In this document: positions 31,491-40,872 of the stretch, in pieces
Numbering within the stretch: the first letter of the stretch is position 1
How the letters are laid out: each line of letters opens with the position of its first letter
NCBI GenBank assembly: GCA_038314665.1
Contig: GCA_038314665.1_3677.1
Reading direction: 5' to 3' (one strand)
Origin: a phage
DNA length: 64,000 nt
Notes under the pieces: generated by a model
Seen by the model: the letters and a program-made list of their open reading frames with translations, nothing else
Told to the model about the DNA's origin: nothing
The model's database searches: none
Made by a program: the position numbers and the translations under genes

Positions 31491-31762
31491 ACCTTCTCGT
31501 TGATAAATTTACGGGCGGTTTGGTGAGTTGTTTCTGCTGTCTTCAGAATGATATTGATTTTGTTGTCAAGATCATTCATCTCAGCAGTTAATTCAGGAAT
31601 CTCTCCAGCATGCATGGTGAAATCATACATGGACATGCCTAGAATCTCATTGATGCGGCGGTTGCATTCTGCAGCACGCTGGTTCATTTTCCAAGCTAAC
31701 ACCAAAGCCTCCTGCGTAGCCTCTAGTGCAAAATCTAATACGTCGGCTTCTTCTTTCGTCAT
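31487..31762 (-). CDS. hypothetical protein
   Basis: 91-aa ORF, overlaps neighbour by 4 nt. Confidence 0.35.
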   Translation of the reverse strand: MTKEEADVLDFALEATQEALVLAWKMNQRAAECNRRINEILGMSMYDFTMHAGEIPELTAEMNDLDNKINIILKTAETTHQTARKFINEKV

Positions 31763-31820
31763 CTCAGTCTCTCCTGTTGTATTGTTGGTAGGTGTATGAA
31801 TACCTTATAACTAACCTTTT

Positions 31821-32387
31821 TTATTCAAACTGCAATAGTAAGTCCACTACCGCGCTAGGTCTGTCGACAAATTCCCCAGGTCCACATGCCCACAGAGGGT
31901 ATCCGTCCACATACCGCCAAATCCAACCTGCAGTGTGTAGCTCAAGCAGGGCAGTACCGTCCTTACTGTCAACCACCCTTTCCCACAGTGTTGGGCAGCG
32001 AAGCTTGAGAATCGGATCACCCCCCTTATACCCATCCATGTAGATACCCATTGCAAAATTCAGCATCATCTTTTTGTGCACTGATCTCTTATTGAGAGTG
32101 CTCATCACTTCCTCTTTGTGAATATTTGTAAGCTTCTCCCTGGCTACCCGCAGATCGTTGCAACCATTGTTCAGCAGATCTTCCAGACACTTGATCCGGA
32201 GGTCGTGAATGTCTTTGTCGTGTACCGTTGGCACAGGGTCGTAGCGGTATAGCACTGTTGATACAAGGTTGCTCGGGTGTGGGTCTGACAGCAACCCATA
32301 ACCCCAATACTCTTCTGTATCTGAAAGGACAAGACATCCAATGTCTCTGTCAAGCTTTCCTGTGTTGTAAGCCACATTGACCGCCAT
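31821..32387 (-). CDS. hypothetical protein
   Basis: 188-aa ORF in co-oriented array. Confidence 0.4.
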   Translation of the reverse strand: MAVNVAYNTGKLDRDIGCLVLSDTEEYWGYGLLSDPHPSNLVSTVLYRYDPVPTVHDKDIHDLRIKCLEDLLNNGCNDLRVAREKLTNIHKEEVMSTLNKRSVHKKMMLNFAMGIYMDGYKGGDPILKLRCPTLWERVVDSKDGTALLELHTAGWIWRYVDGYPLWACGPGEFVDRPSAVVDLLLQFE

Positions 32388-32389
32388 GA

Positions 32390-32635
32390 CTATAGTTCCA
32401 CTAGCAAAGTGCTTTCAAAGTGCCGTTCATGCAGACCGCTGTAAGGGACCACTTCCACAACACCATCACGGACATACGGGGCCATCATAGTGGTATACTC
32501 TCCAAACGGGTTGGTATTGTCACTAACCACAACCACCTTCTGCCCTTCCTTGGCAGAGTGCCAAATAGATCTACACTTCATCAGGTGTTCGAGAGCTCCA
32601 GGTAAAATTTTGTTACGTTCTTTACGGGTCTTCAT
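32390..32635 (-). CDS. hypothetical protein
   Basis: 81-aa ORF, tight spacing to neighbours. Confidence 0.35.
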   Translation of the reverse strand: MKTRKERNKILPGALEHLMKCRSIWHSAKEGQKVVVVSDNTNPFGEYTTMMAPYVRDGVVEVVPYSGLHERHFESTLLVEL

Positions 32636-33081
32636 AACAGATATAGCTCCTTATGAAAGTGGTCTTTTAATTTCTCACTGAGAAACTTCTTGATACCTTC
32701 CTCTAAAGTGTTTTCGATGTAGTCCAGCTTAACTGCTTCGATGGACATATCATAGATTGCCAGCTCTAAGCTGTCAAGTCCCATCATAGCATGAACCATA
32801 AGATTTTCATCTTCAGATACATTCAGGGGACTTCCTATAACATCTGGAGGCAGAATAGTTTCCCAATTATTCTGGGTGGTAGTTCTCCCGCCATCTACTT
32901 TACGGCGCAGTTCGAATGTGTTCTTAGTGTAGAACACTTCATAAGAAACGATACGACTGTCACTCTCATAATAAACGAAGTTCAGGTAGGAGCCTAGCCG
33001 CAGTCGGCAAACTTCCACCCCAAACCATTGTTTCTTATAAGAATTCAGGCTAATGCTGTCGCATTCACGTTTGCTCAACAC
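32632..33081 (-). CDS. hypothetical protein
   Basis: 149-aa ORF overlapping downstream gene by 4 nt. Confidence 0.4.
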   Translation of the reverse strand: MLSKRECDSISLNSYKKQWFGVEVCRLRLGSYLNFVYYESDSRIVSYEVFYTKNTFELRRKVDGGRTTTQNNWETILPPDVIGSPLNVSEDENLMVHAMMGLDSLELAIYDMSIEAVKLDYIENTLEEGIKKFLSEKLKDHFHKELYLL

Positions 33082-33097
33082 GGCTATCTCCTTTTTG

Positions 33098-33331
33098 TTA
33101 ATCTTCGTAAATCAGGATTTCTGCTTTAGGTTTTCGTGCTTTCAGGTCCAGCTCTATCCAGTGCACCATAGCTGTTTCAAGAAAAACAGCTTGGATGCAT
33201 CCGTCCTCAGCGTGCCCCACCAACATAACAAGATCTTCACATTCGTCATCTGCATCACGAACATACAGAATCTCTCCAGATTCAAAGTCTTTCACAACCT
33301 GATTGCTGGATAATTTACGAATTTTTGCCAT
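33098..33331 (-). CDS. small protein, member 4 of tandem paralog array
   Basis: 77 aa; shares G-x-hydrophobic-V core and acidic pattern with the three upstream paralogs. Confidence 0.4.
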   Translation of the reverse strand: MAKIRKLSSNQVVKDFESGEILYVRDADDECEDLVMLVGHAEDGCIQAVFLETAMVHWIELDLKARKPKAEILIYED

Positions 33332-33332
33332 A

Positions 33333-33596
33333 TCAGAAACCCTCTAAAAAGCTCTTGTAGAAAACAATCTCAGTATCCACACCAGTCACGATCTTGTCGT
33401 TCCTGATTTCGTCGGTAAGATAGGTGTCAAAACGCAGAACCTGTGTGGTGTTGTCACACATCCACTCAGCTGTGACCATTGCGAAAATCTTAGCATCTTC
33501 ATTGTCTGGTGTGAATGTTACCACCTCACCGCACTTAAACTTTTCGATAGGTTGAGTGTTGGCTTTCGGTTCTGCGATAGTGATTTTTGTGGTCAT
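33333..33596 (-). CDS. small protein, member 3 of tandem paralog array
   Basis: 87 aa (MTTKITIAEPKANTQPIEKFKCGEVVTF..); start codon overlaps stop of upstream paralog. Confidence 0.45.
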   Translation of the reverse strand: MTTKITIAEPKANTQPIEKFKCGEVVTFTPDNEDAKIFAMVTAEWMCDNTTQVLRFDTYLTDEIRNDKIVTGVDTEIVFYKSFLEGF

Positions 33597-33859
33597 TATT
33601 CTCCTCCTTCTTTTGAATAGCTTGTCTCTCCAAGGATGGTAATTTTGGTGTCAAGCTCTGTAACTTTCATGTTTGGCGGCAGATCGTACAACTCATTATT
33701 TTCTAAATCGAAACCCCACACACAATGTTCTCCTGTTTTGACAATCATAACTATGTTTTGAATGCCGTCTCCGTCGCAACTTACCACGGTCCCACACGGA
33801 AAACTGTCTGCACGCTTTTTGTTCTTCACCTTAGAATTGAATACAATGCTAGTAGCCAT
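33596..33859 (-). CDS. small protein, member 2 of tandem paralog array
   Basis: 87 aa (MATSIVFNSKVKNKKRADSFPCGTVVSC..); ATGA overlap with neighbours. Confidence 0.45.
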   Translation of the reverse strand: MATSIVFNSKVKNKKRADSFPCGTVVSCDGDGIQNIVMIVKTGEHCVWGFDLENNELYDLPPNMKVTELDTKITILGETSYSKEGGE

Positions 33860-34122
33860 TATTGTTCCTCCACCATAACTTCGCCAAGAATTTCTATGCA
33901 GGCATCCATTTCTGTAACAACCGAACTGTGAGGTAGTTCTACAAACACCTTTCTGAACAGGTCAAATACCCCAACATATATGTTTGCAGGATGTGATTTT
34001 ACAACAAGTGCTGTATTCACATCCCCAAGTTCATCAACAAACATCACCACAGTGCCTGGAGCTACTGAGGACAGATACTTCTTAGTTTTACGGTTTGATG
34101 CAAATTTTAACTCTGTTGCCAT
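33859..34122 (-). CDS. small protein, member 1 of tandem paralog array
   Basis: 87 aa (MATELKFASNRKTKKYLSSVAPGTVVMF..); same length as members 2 and 3. Confidence 0.45.
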   Translation of the reverse strand: MATELKFASNRKTKKYLSSVAPGTVVMFVDELGDVNTALVVKSHPANIYVGVFDLFRKVFVELPHSSVVTEMDACIEILGEVMVEEQ

Positions 34123-34137
34123 AAATAACCTCCTCTC

Positions 34138-35619
34138 TTACTTAGCGTACTCGATTAATTCCACAGTTTTCCCAAAGCTCGGGATATAATTTTTATTATA
34201 CCCATCAGTGAGGACCCATAGAGTATCGTACTTTTTCCACTTGTTGTCAATAGCCTTTTGTTCAAAGTTATGCTCAAAGTATAGGTCGGTCAGGACGATG
34301 ACATCTTTTGCATTCGGTATGTTGGCATCCAGATACTCGAACACGCAAGCAGCTGTTGTTCCCCATGTTGAGTGGACCTCATAGTTGATTATCTCGTCTA
34401 TGTTGCCACGAGTGTATACTTTAACCTCTCCAACCTCAGTTGACCAACAGAACATTGTAACCTTAAACTCTTTATACAGATTGCACAATCCGGTGATTTC
34501 ATTGAACATTTTCTTTAAAGTTCTTTGAGAGATCGAGCCAGAAACGTCTAAAGCCACCACAATATCTATAGTGTTTTCCGGATTACGACCAGGAACAATA
34601 ACGTGCTGGTTCTTGTTTATAGCCCCAACTTTTCGCATTGTGCTGGTCAAAGACCCAGATCGGCGACCAGGTTTTCTGTAGGTCAGTTCGGCCTTTCTTT
34701 TAGACAACATGCGTTGCTTAATGATGTCTATATAATTGATTACGGGCTTACCTCTGTTCTTGACAAACTCGCGCACCGCCTCAGGGCAACGACCTCCGGA
34801 AGCTTGCATTGCTGCCTCCAGCATGTCACCAGAGTCCTGCATGGCCTGATCTTTATCAGATTGGCTGATTACAGGTTGTGGCTGATCATACCCCATAGCC
34901 TTTCCAAGATTATCACTGGTGCCACCATTCCCACTCATGTGATCATCGGTTTGTCGCTTATCGCCTTGAGAGTTCTCACCTTTACCGCTCTTACTTTTAC
35001 CGTTATTCTGATCTCTTTGCTTATCAAGAACTGCATAGACGTTCTCAGCAATCCATCCATGAAACTTCATGTCGCAGTAGCAGCTGGCTAAGAAGCCAAA
35101 AGGCTTACCTTTCACGAACGTAGTGCTTTTCCCCTTCGGGAAGAAAACACAAGGAGGTTTGCTAAAGTCAACCACAAGGCCTGTGTTGATAACGTGATCA
35201 CAAGCAATATTGAACAGTTCCGGCTCAAAGCTTTTACCACGGACCAGGTGATCACAGATAATATGCCCCACCTCATGTGACAAAAGAAAGGCCACCTCTT
35301 TCACAGATTTGGGGGAATAGAAAACCTCAGCCATCTCAAACTGCTCGTCAGTTAGAGAAGCCTTAAGAATAGCCCTGCGTTCGTCAGCCAACCCCACAAT
35401 GAACTCAGGACTGTAATAGATGCGTTTATGGTCGGTTGCCATGGTGGAGCACCATGTGTGGTTTTCTACGAACTGCAACCCTGACAGTAGTGTGCCATAA
35501 AAAGGCAGCTTTTCAAGAAGATACATACGTGCAGCTTGCAACATTCTCAGGGCATCATCTTTCTGTGAGGTAATGATTTCTGAACTTCTGCTATCCATTA
35601 AAACTCCAGAAGGGGCCAT
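34138..35619 (-). CDS. vWA-domain protein with N-terminal HExxH metallopeptidase-like domain
   Basis: 493 aa; HExxH in LLSHEVGHIICDH; C-terminal MIDAS-like DxSxS in VVALDVSGSIS; architecture of the kind that pairs with MoxR-type AAA+ ATPases. Confidence 0.6.
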   Translation of the reverse strand: MAPSGVLMDSRSSEIITSQKDDALRMLQAARMYLLEKLPFYGTLLSGLQFVENHTWCSTMATDHKRIYYSPEFIVGLADERRAILKASLTDEQFEMAEVFYSPKSVKEVAFLLSHEVGHIICDHLVRGKSFEPELFNIACDHVINTGLVVDFSKPPCVFFPKGKSTTFVKGKPFGFLASCYCDMKFHGWIAENVYAVLDKQRDQNNGKSKSGKGENSQGDKRQTDDHMSGNGGTSDNLGKAMGYDQPQPVISQSDKDQAMQDSGDMLEAAMQASGGRCPEAVREFVKNRGKPVINYIDIIKQRMLSKRKAELTYRKPGRRSGSLTSTMRKVGAINKNQHVIVPGRNPENTIDIVVALDVSGSISQRTLKKMFNEITGLCNLYKEFKVTMFCWSTEVGEVKVYTRGNIDEIINYEVHSTWGTTAACVFEYLDANIPNAKDVIVLTDLYFEHNFEQKAIDNKWKKYDTLWVLTDGYNKNYIPSFGKTVELIEYAK

Positions 35620-35631
35620 TGGCCCCTGTCA

Positions 35632-36675
35632 TTATTTAACGTGTTTGAAAATACCTGCCAACTCGGTCATTGTCATGCGAGTGGTCTTCATAAGGTCTGT
35701 CATAGCTTTCTCCATAATTGGAGATACTACCATAAAGTTTCCTTTAGTGAAACCTTTATTCCAGTCGGTCACCAACAGGGGTTTAAGTCCAGCTCCAAGA
35801 CGTTCACCAGTTAAAGCACAGCATTTGCGAATATACGAACTCTTAAATTGGCTGAACGACAGATCAACTTTCATACCTGCATCGTAGAACGTTTGACAAT
35901 AGAAAGTGTAAGCCTTAGCAATCTCAACATCATCAGGCAGTGCAGGAACCTCTTCTGCAATCCCCTCTTCGACCTCCTGAGGCTCTTTTTCCTCTTCAGA
36001 GTTCTGTTCTTCAACTTCTTCTGTCACAGTCTCGTTTACGATGTCTGAAATGTGTTTGTTGGCTGCACGATCAGCCATGAAATTTTTAAAGTCCTGCATT
36101 GGTGACATATCTTCTTCCTCTTCGTCAAAGAGTGCCAGTTTATCCTCTTCCGTTCCATATTGCAAGATGAAATCTTCAAAAGTATAATCACCTTTCAATT
36201 TCTCCATACGCTCTTCGCTCAGGTGGAGCATCATCTGCTGGACAATTTTTCGATCAGTTTCGTCTTTAATCAAGACTGCAGTCTTTTTATCTACCAGACA
36301 GTCCTTTAGAGAGTTGCATCTCAATCCCACCACACAACAGTTATCAACCGCATAAGGACCTTCATCATCTATCCGCTCCAGAGATGGGTAGAAAGGATTT
36401 CCCAGCCCGTTTTCATCTGTGTGCATGTCAAAAGGTATAAGGGTATAGTCGCATACTCCATCTCCTAAAAGTTTTTTACCAAATAGGAGGTATTCTTCCC
36501 ATGACAGGTCGAACTCTATATCTCGTTTCCGTGCATTATTCTGTTTGCGTCTATATTTTTTGAGCAGGCGCTCTAACTCTTCTGGTGTATAATATTTTTC
36601 AAGATTCATGAGTTGTCTCTCGTGCTCTGTAAGTGAAGAAATCGTATCAATTGTCTCAACAGATGTCAACATCAA
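35632..36675 (-). CDS. acidic hypothetical protein
   Basis: 347 aa with Glu/Asp-rich central region; first gene of the minus-strand array (TTG then ATG at 36670-36672). Confidence 0.45.
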   Translation of the reverse strand: MMLTSVETIDTISSLTEHERQLMNLEKYYTPEELERLLKKYRRKQNNARKRDIEFDLSWEEYLLFGKKLLGDGVCDYTLIPFDMHTDENGLGNPFYPSLERIDDEGPYAVDNCCVVGLRCNSLKDCLVDKKTAVLIKDETDRKIVQQMMLHLSEERMEKLKGDYTFEDFILQYGTEEDKLALFDEEEEDMSPMQDFKNFMADRAANKHISDIVNETVTEEVEEQNSEEEKEPQEVEEGIAEEVPALPDDVEIAKAYTFYCQTFYDAGMKVDLSFSQFKSSYIRKCCALTGERLGAGLKPLLVTDWNKGFTKGNFMVVSPIMEKAMTDLMKTTRMTMTELAGIFKHVK

Positions 36676-36682
36676 AAATGTG

Positions 36683-36711
36683 TTGACTTTACTCTAACTC
36701 CATAATATAGT
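36683..36711 (+). promoter_or_regulatory. sigma70-like promoter for the replication-module operon
   Basis: TTGACT - 17 nt - TATAGT, 41 nt upstream of ATG 36752; lies in the divergent intergenic region. Confidence 0.45.
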
Positions 36712-36751
36712 GCACCCATTCGAAAGAAAACTAACATAGGAGCACTTACTT

Positions 36752-37651
36752 ATGGCAAATCTTAACAGTTTTAGTACGCGGTGGAAACAGGACATAACAA
36801 CCAATCTTTCAGCTGGGGACATCCTTTCTGCAATTTACGAGGCTTTAGATGATAAAGCTACTTCAAAAGCGGTTTGTACCAACCCACTAATTCCTGTAGT
36901 GATGAAGGTTATTGAGCGTAGATTGGTATCTGGGTCTGATAAGTGGACATATTTAGATAATGAAGGACACACCTATTCCAATGGGTATGTCGATATAAAA
37001 GTAGAATACGCGGTATCATACCGCCGAAGCGGTTCTGTGACTTTCAACTTTTCTGGAGGTTTCAGATCTCTGGCAACTTCACCTTTTGTTTCCTCAGAAG
37101 AGAAGTATGAGCTGCCATTTCTTTGGATGATGGCTAACGCGACAGGAAAAACCCCCGTTAGCATCCGAGTAAAATACAATTACAACGGATCTAGTAAGAT
37201 CTATGCCGAAAGTGTCTCAGCAAGTTTTTATTTTGTGATGGGGGATGGAATCCTCAAACATATAAAGATGTGCGATATGCATGATGTTATAAATGAAGTG
37301 ACTGATAAGAATGTTCTAGTGAAAGACCTCAACAATTTTTATACACCCGGAGACTATTACGTCAACCGTCCACTGTGCATCTTTAATGCCGCACACCCTC
37401 TAGGTGAGTATTTGATCGCCAATAGCGATATTGCCAATAACCGCTTCGAGGTAGCAAGAGTTCAGAATGAGGTATTGACATCTTGCAAGAGCGGTGATAA
37501 GTTTACCGAAGAAGAGATGGGTGTTTTAGAAATGATGGGATATAAGTGTAGCCTTTGGGTAGATGAGGTGTTTAATGATTGCATCTATGGACAGGATATT
37601 CACCCACTAAAGAAGTATACTGATTCCAGTTTAATTTACGCGGAGATTTGA
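36752..37651 (+). CDS. hypothetical protein
   Basis: 299-aa ORF with RBS TAGGAG, first gene of + strand module. Confidence 0.5.
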   Translation: MANLNSFSTRWKQDITTNLSAGDILSAIYEALDDKATSKAVCTNPLIPVVMKVIERRLVSGSDKWTYLDNEGHTYSNGYVDIKVEYAVSYRRSGSVTFNFSGGFRSLATSPFVSSEEKYELPFLWMMANATGKTPVSIRVKYNYNGSSKIYAESVSASFYFVMGDGILKHIKMCDMHDVINEVTDKNVLVKDLNNFYTPGDYYVNRPLCIFNAAHPLGEYLIANSDIANNRFEVARVQNEVLTSCKSGDKFTEEEMGVLEMMGYKCSLWVDEVFNDCIYGQDIHPLKKYTDSSLIYAEI

Positions 37652-37926
37652 CTATGATGAAGTCATGTGGTAGTGTATATTATGTTGGTGAGAATGTTCA
37701 GGCAGATAGTGTGTGGAAATCCATTAAGTCCACCACCGATGATGCCTTTCTGAGCGGGTTATGTTTTCCCAATCCGGGAGACATCCTCCCTCATCCTGGA
37801 GATTTTGTTGTCAACAAGATGGACGGTTATACCGTGTGCCTGATGGTTGAAAAAATCTTTTTAGACACTAGACACAATCACCGTCTTGTGTTAAAATTTC
37901 AAGAATGTAAAATGACAATTTCCTAA
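37648..37926 (+). CDS. hypothetical protein
   Basis: 92-aa ORF, 4-nt overlap with upstream gene. Confidence 0.4.
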   Translation: MTMMKSCGSVYYVGENVQADSVWKSIKSTTDDAFLSGLCFPNPGDILPHPGDFVVNKMDGYTVCLMVEKIFLDTRHNHRLVLKFQECKMTIS

Positions 37927-37939
37927 GGAGACCTTACCG

Positions 37940-38296
37940 ATGTCTAAAGTTACTTATCGTGCAGCTATTTACTGCAATGAACACCCAATCAATAATGATG
38001 GTCACTGCCTTTTCAAAGAAAATCAGTTGGGATGTATTGTCCTCCCTGATGAAGGGGAAGGTTATCTGATTGCATTAACAGGGTTTGAGCCTGAAGCTTT
38101 GGAAGCCAATCTGGACTACCTGGTAGAAGAGGGTGCTGCAGACCTGGTTGCCAATGGCTTCCCCGTAAGCCTTGACGAAGTGGAGCGCTTCATGGGCAAT
38201 TACCGTGTAGTGCGTGAGTTTACTATCGAGGTGGAAACTCCAGAGTGGGGCAGCCATGAAACTAATGCCGAAGAAAAAGAAGAGGGGGTAGAATAA
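37940..38296 (+). CDS. hypothetical protein
   Basis: 118-aa ORF, RBS AAGGAGA. Confidence 0.45.
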   Translation: MSKVTYRAAIYCNEHPINNDGHCLFKENQLGCIVLPDEGEGYLIALTGFEPEALEANLDYLVEEGAADLVANGFPVSLDEVERFMGNYRVVREFTIEVETPEWGSHETNAEEKEEGVE

Positions 38297-38553
38297 TGAA
38301 AGTGCAGATCTTGACTAATGCCGAGAAGATGTTTATCGAAGATACACCTTTTGAAGCTGGTGAGCTACAGTTCGTTTATTTTGTTGACTTAGATAAGGTG
38401 TTCCCTGCACTGAATCTGGGTCTGGATGAAGTTCCTCATAAGGTTTTGTGCCAAGTTGTTCGTGCATTAGCGGCAGATGGAGAGTTCCACACCCTTCAAG
38501 ATGTCCAGACCTACGGGTACCTTGAACTACAACGAGAAGAAGAGGTGGACTGA
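38296..38553 (+). CDS. hypothetical protein
   Basis: 85-aa ORF, ATGA overlap. Confidence 0.4.
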   Translation: MKVQILTNAEKMFIEDTPFEAGELQFVYFVDLDKVFPALNLGLDEVPHKVLCQVVRALAADGEFHTLQDVQTYGYLELQREEEVD

Positions 38554-38555
38554 TA

Positions 38556-38936
38556 ATGGCTCAGTGGAAGACAACAGTTGACCTTCATGATCAGTGGTTA
38601 GGACGCATCACTGAAGACGGGAAGCTAGTGGAGTGGGACAATAAGCATGTTAGCGAGTTGGCAAGTATTGTGGCTGGTAAGCTACGCTCCAAGTTCCCTG
38701 AACAACTGGATCCTGATAGTTCAAAGTTCGATCCTGAGTTGGAGGATGTTGTATACTACTTCGACACCGTTGATGACTACGATGCGTGGTTTGCAGCACG
38801 GGAGCTTTACCCACAAGGCTCTGCTATGCGCCAGATGGAAGAAGATTATCCTCCGTGCGAGCAATTTAATAGCGCAATGACTTGCCTCTACGATTGGGCA
38901 GATAAGAACCTTGTCTGGATTCGGACTGCATTTTAG
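38556..38936 (+). CDS. hypothetical protein
   Basis: 126-aa ORF. Confidence 0.45.
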   Translation: MAQWKTTVDLHDQWLGRITEDGKLVEWDNKHVSELASIVAGKLRSKFPEQLDPDSSKFDPELEDVVYYFDTVDDYDAWFAARELYPQGSAMRQMEEDYPPCEQFNSAMTCLYDWADKNLVWIRTAF

Positions 38937-38980
38937 TGGGCAGGAATGGCGGCAAGGATGCTGCTTAAGGAGTAGTAGAG

Positions 38981-39250
38981 ATGTTATACCAGCAATATGA
39001 ACTTCGTGCAGAAAAAGAGTTAAATTTTGACAAAGATATTCACAGATATTATTATGGGAAAGTTAGAGGGCAAGCAAGAAAGTGTACTCCAACACTCTTT
39101 TATGCCAGCAGACGACTAGCGCCAGAAGAGGCAACAGCAGAAAGGGTTGCGTACAACTGGAGAGTCACGTATGATATTGACAGATCCGATGTGATATCTG
39201 TTTTGGAAAACTTTGAAAACACTTACACACAAGTAGAGGACTTTTACTAA
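38981..39250 (+). CDS. hypothetical protein
   Basis: 89-aa ORF, RBS AGGAG, stop overlaps next ATG. Confidence 0.4.
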   Translation: MLYQQYELRAEKELNFDKDIHRYYYGKVRGQARKCTPTLFYASRRLAPEEATAERVAYNWRVTYDIDRSDVISVLENFENTYTQVEDFY

Positions 39251-40434
39251 TGTCAAGAAACGTATTTGAAAGTGGTCAAATCACTGTCCGTGAGTTGCCA
39301 GCTATCATTCAGTTTGCCCAGCGTCATAACCGATCTGTCCTGATTTTAGGACCAATGGGCGTGGGAAAGAGCCAAGTGATGAAGCAGATCGCCGATAATA
39401 TGTTCGGTGAGCGAGATGATAACTTGGTTGACGTGCGACTGTCAGATAAAGATCCTGCCGACTTATCTGGGCTACCTATCCCTGTAGAAGCGGATGGAAC
39501 TACACGTACAGTATTTGCAATTCCAGAATTTTGGCCTGCGGATCCTGACTGGAGCGGAATTATCTTTCTGGATGAGCTCACTCATGCAGATAACTACCTG
39601 CAAAAGGTTGCAATGCAAATTATGCTCGACCACAAGTGCGGTACCTATGCATTCCCTAAGGGTTCTGTTTTTGTGGCTGCTGGTAACCGTTCTACAGATG
39701 GTGCGGTTCTTTCGGCGCTCGAAGCCCCTCTGGCTAACCGTTTTATCATTGTAGAAGTTACAAGCAATGCAGAGGTGTTTATTGAGGACTACGCATTCCT
39801 TAATGGGGTGCACTCCTCTGTAATTGGATATCTGAAAAGAGTTCCATCAGCTATCGATAATTATGAGGCCATGGCTGAGATTAATTGTCCATCTTTTGCC
39901 ACACCACGATCTTGGGTTGCTGCATCTGATATCTTGCACGATTTTGACAGCGGTATTATTTCTGACGCTATGGCCCGTGTTCTTCTGCAAGGTGCTATCG
40001 GTCACACTGCAGCGGTAGAGATCTGGACTTACCACACCAAGAAACGCAACTTACCGGAAATCGGTCGGATTATGGCAGGAGGTTGCAAAGAATACGTAGG
40101 TCCTAAACAGCCGGACATCTTGTGGATTCTTGGATCTGAAGGTTGTATCGCTATTCGTAATATGATGGAAAATGCAAGTATCTCCGACGAAGATCTTGTT
40201 AGCTGTGTGGCAAACTTCCTCGATTTCCTTTGGGAAAACTTCAAGGACGAGAACCGAGATTTTGTATTCTCAGTCTTTATGGCGATGATGAAACCTAATG
40301 CCTTAGGAAATGCCTTGCTTATCGGTAAAGGTCGTGACAAGATCGTTGCTCAGCTGATCAAAGCATACCCAAACCTGATGAAGATTGTAAAGGAGTTTGG
40401 TGAAGAGTTTAGCGCCATTTTGGCTAAAGCTTAA
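39250..40434 (+). CDS. AAA+ ATPase, MoxR-like
   Basis: 394 aa; Walker A ILGPMGVGKSQ, Walker B IIFLDELTHA, AAA_5-like spacing. Confidence 0.65.
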   Translation: MSRNVFESGQITVRELPAIIQFAQRHNRSVLILGPMGVGKSQVMKQIADNMFGERDDNLVDVRLSDKDPADLSGLPIPVEADGTTRTVFAIPEFWPADPDWSGIIFLDELTHADNYLQKVAMQIMLDHKCGTYAFPKGSVFVAAGNRSTDGAVLSALEAPLANRFIIVEVTSNAEVFIEDYAFLNGVHSSVIGYLKRVPSAIDNYEAMAEINCPSFATPRSWVAASDILHDFDSGIISDAMARVLLQGAIGHTAAVEIWTYHTKKRNLPEIGRIMAGGCKEYVGPKQPDILWILGSEGCIAIRNMMENASISDEDLVSCVANFLDFLWENFKDENRDFVFSVFMAMMKPNALGNALLIGKGRDKIVAQLIKAYPNLMKIVKEFGEEFSAILAKA

Positions 40435-40443
40435 GGAGGTTGT

Positions 40444-40824
40444 ATGGCTAAAGTAGGTAAGCGGGGAAACTACCTGGTGGTATTAACTGAGGAGCCGGAG
40501 AAGGAGTACGAATGCAGCTCCACTTGCGTGATCGATATCCGAGAAAAAGATGTAGATGAAATCTGGTTTAAAATATTGGACGCTTGCGATAGCAGTGATT
40601 ATTTCTTCATCTATGTCAACGATAAGGCTGGGTTCTTCCATGACGACGGAGAGTTACCGTATGAAATTTATGAACTTGTAGAGGCTTGCCATCGTGGAGA
40701 TGCGGAGTTATTTGGCTTACGGCTGAAAAGCGGTAAATTCTTCTATCAAGATGAGTGCATGAATCTTCATAACTTTGTAGAGGGAACTTGCAACGATGGA
40801 GAAATTTTGGCACACTACGATTAA
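40444..40824 (+). CDS. hypothetical protein
   Basis: 126-aa ORF with RBS AAGGAGG. Confidence 0.4.
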   Translation: MAKVGKRGNYLVVLTEEPEKEYECSSTCVIDIREKDVDEIWFKILDACDSSDYFFIYVNDKAGFFHDDGELPYEIYELVEACHRGDAELFGLRLKSGKFFYQDECMNLHNFVEGTCNDGEILAHYD

Positions 40825-40836
40825 TTTCTAAGACCA

Positions 40837-40860
40837 CCCCGCTTCGGCGGGGATTTTCTA
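40837..40860 (+). terminator. rho-independent terminator
   Basis: ccccgc-TTCG-gcgggg hairpin followed by attttctattt, 12 nt after stop 40824. Confidence 0.55.
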
Positions 40861-40872
40861 TTTGGAGTTATT

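Noticed and set aside
31272-36048. Plus-strand ORFs inside the minus-strand island (31272..31526, 31548..31799, 31792..32043, 34603..35091, 35573..35887, 35848..36048)
   Set aside because: They lie antisense to a tightly packed co-oriented minus-strand gene array; treated as shadow ORFs.
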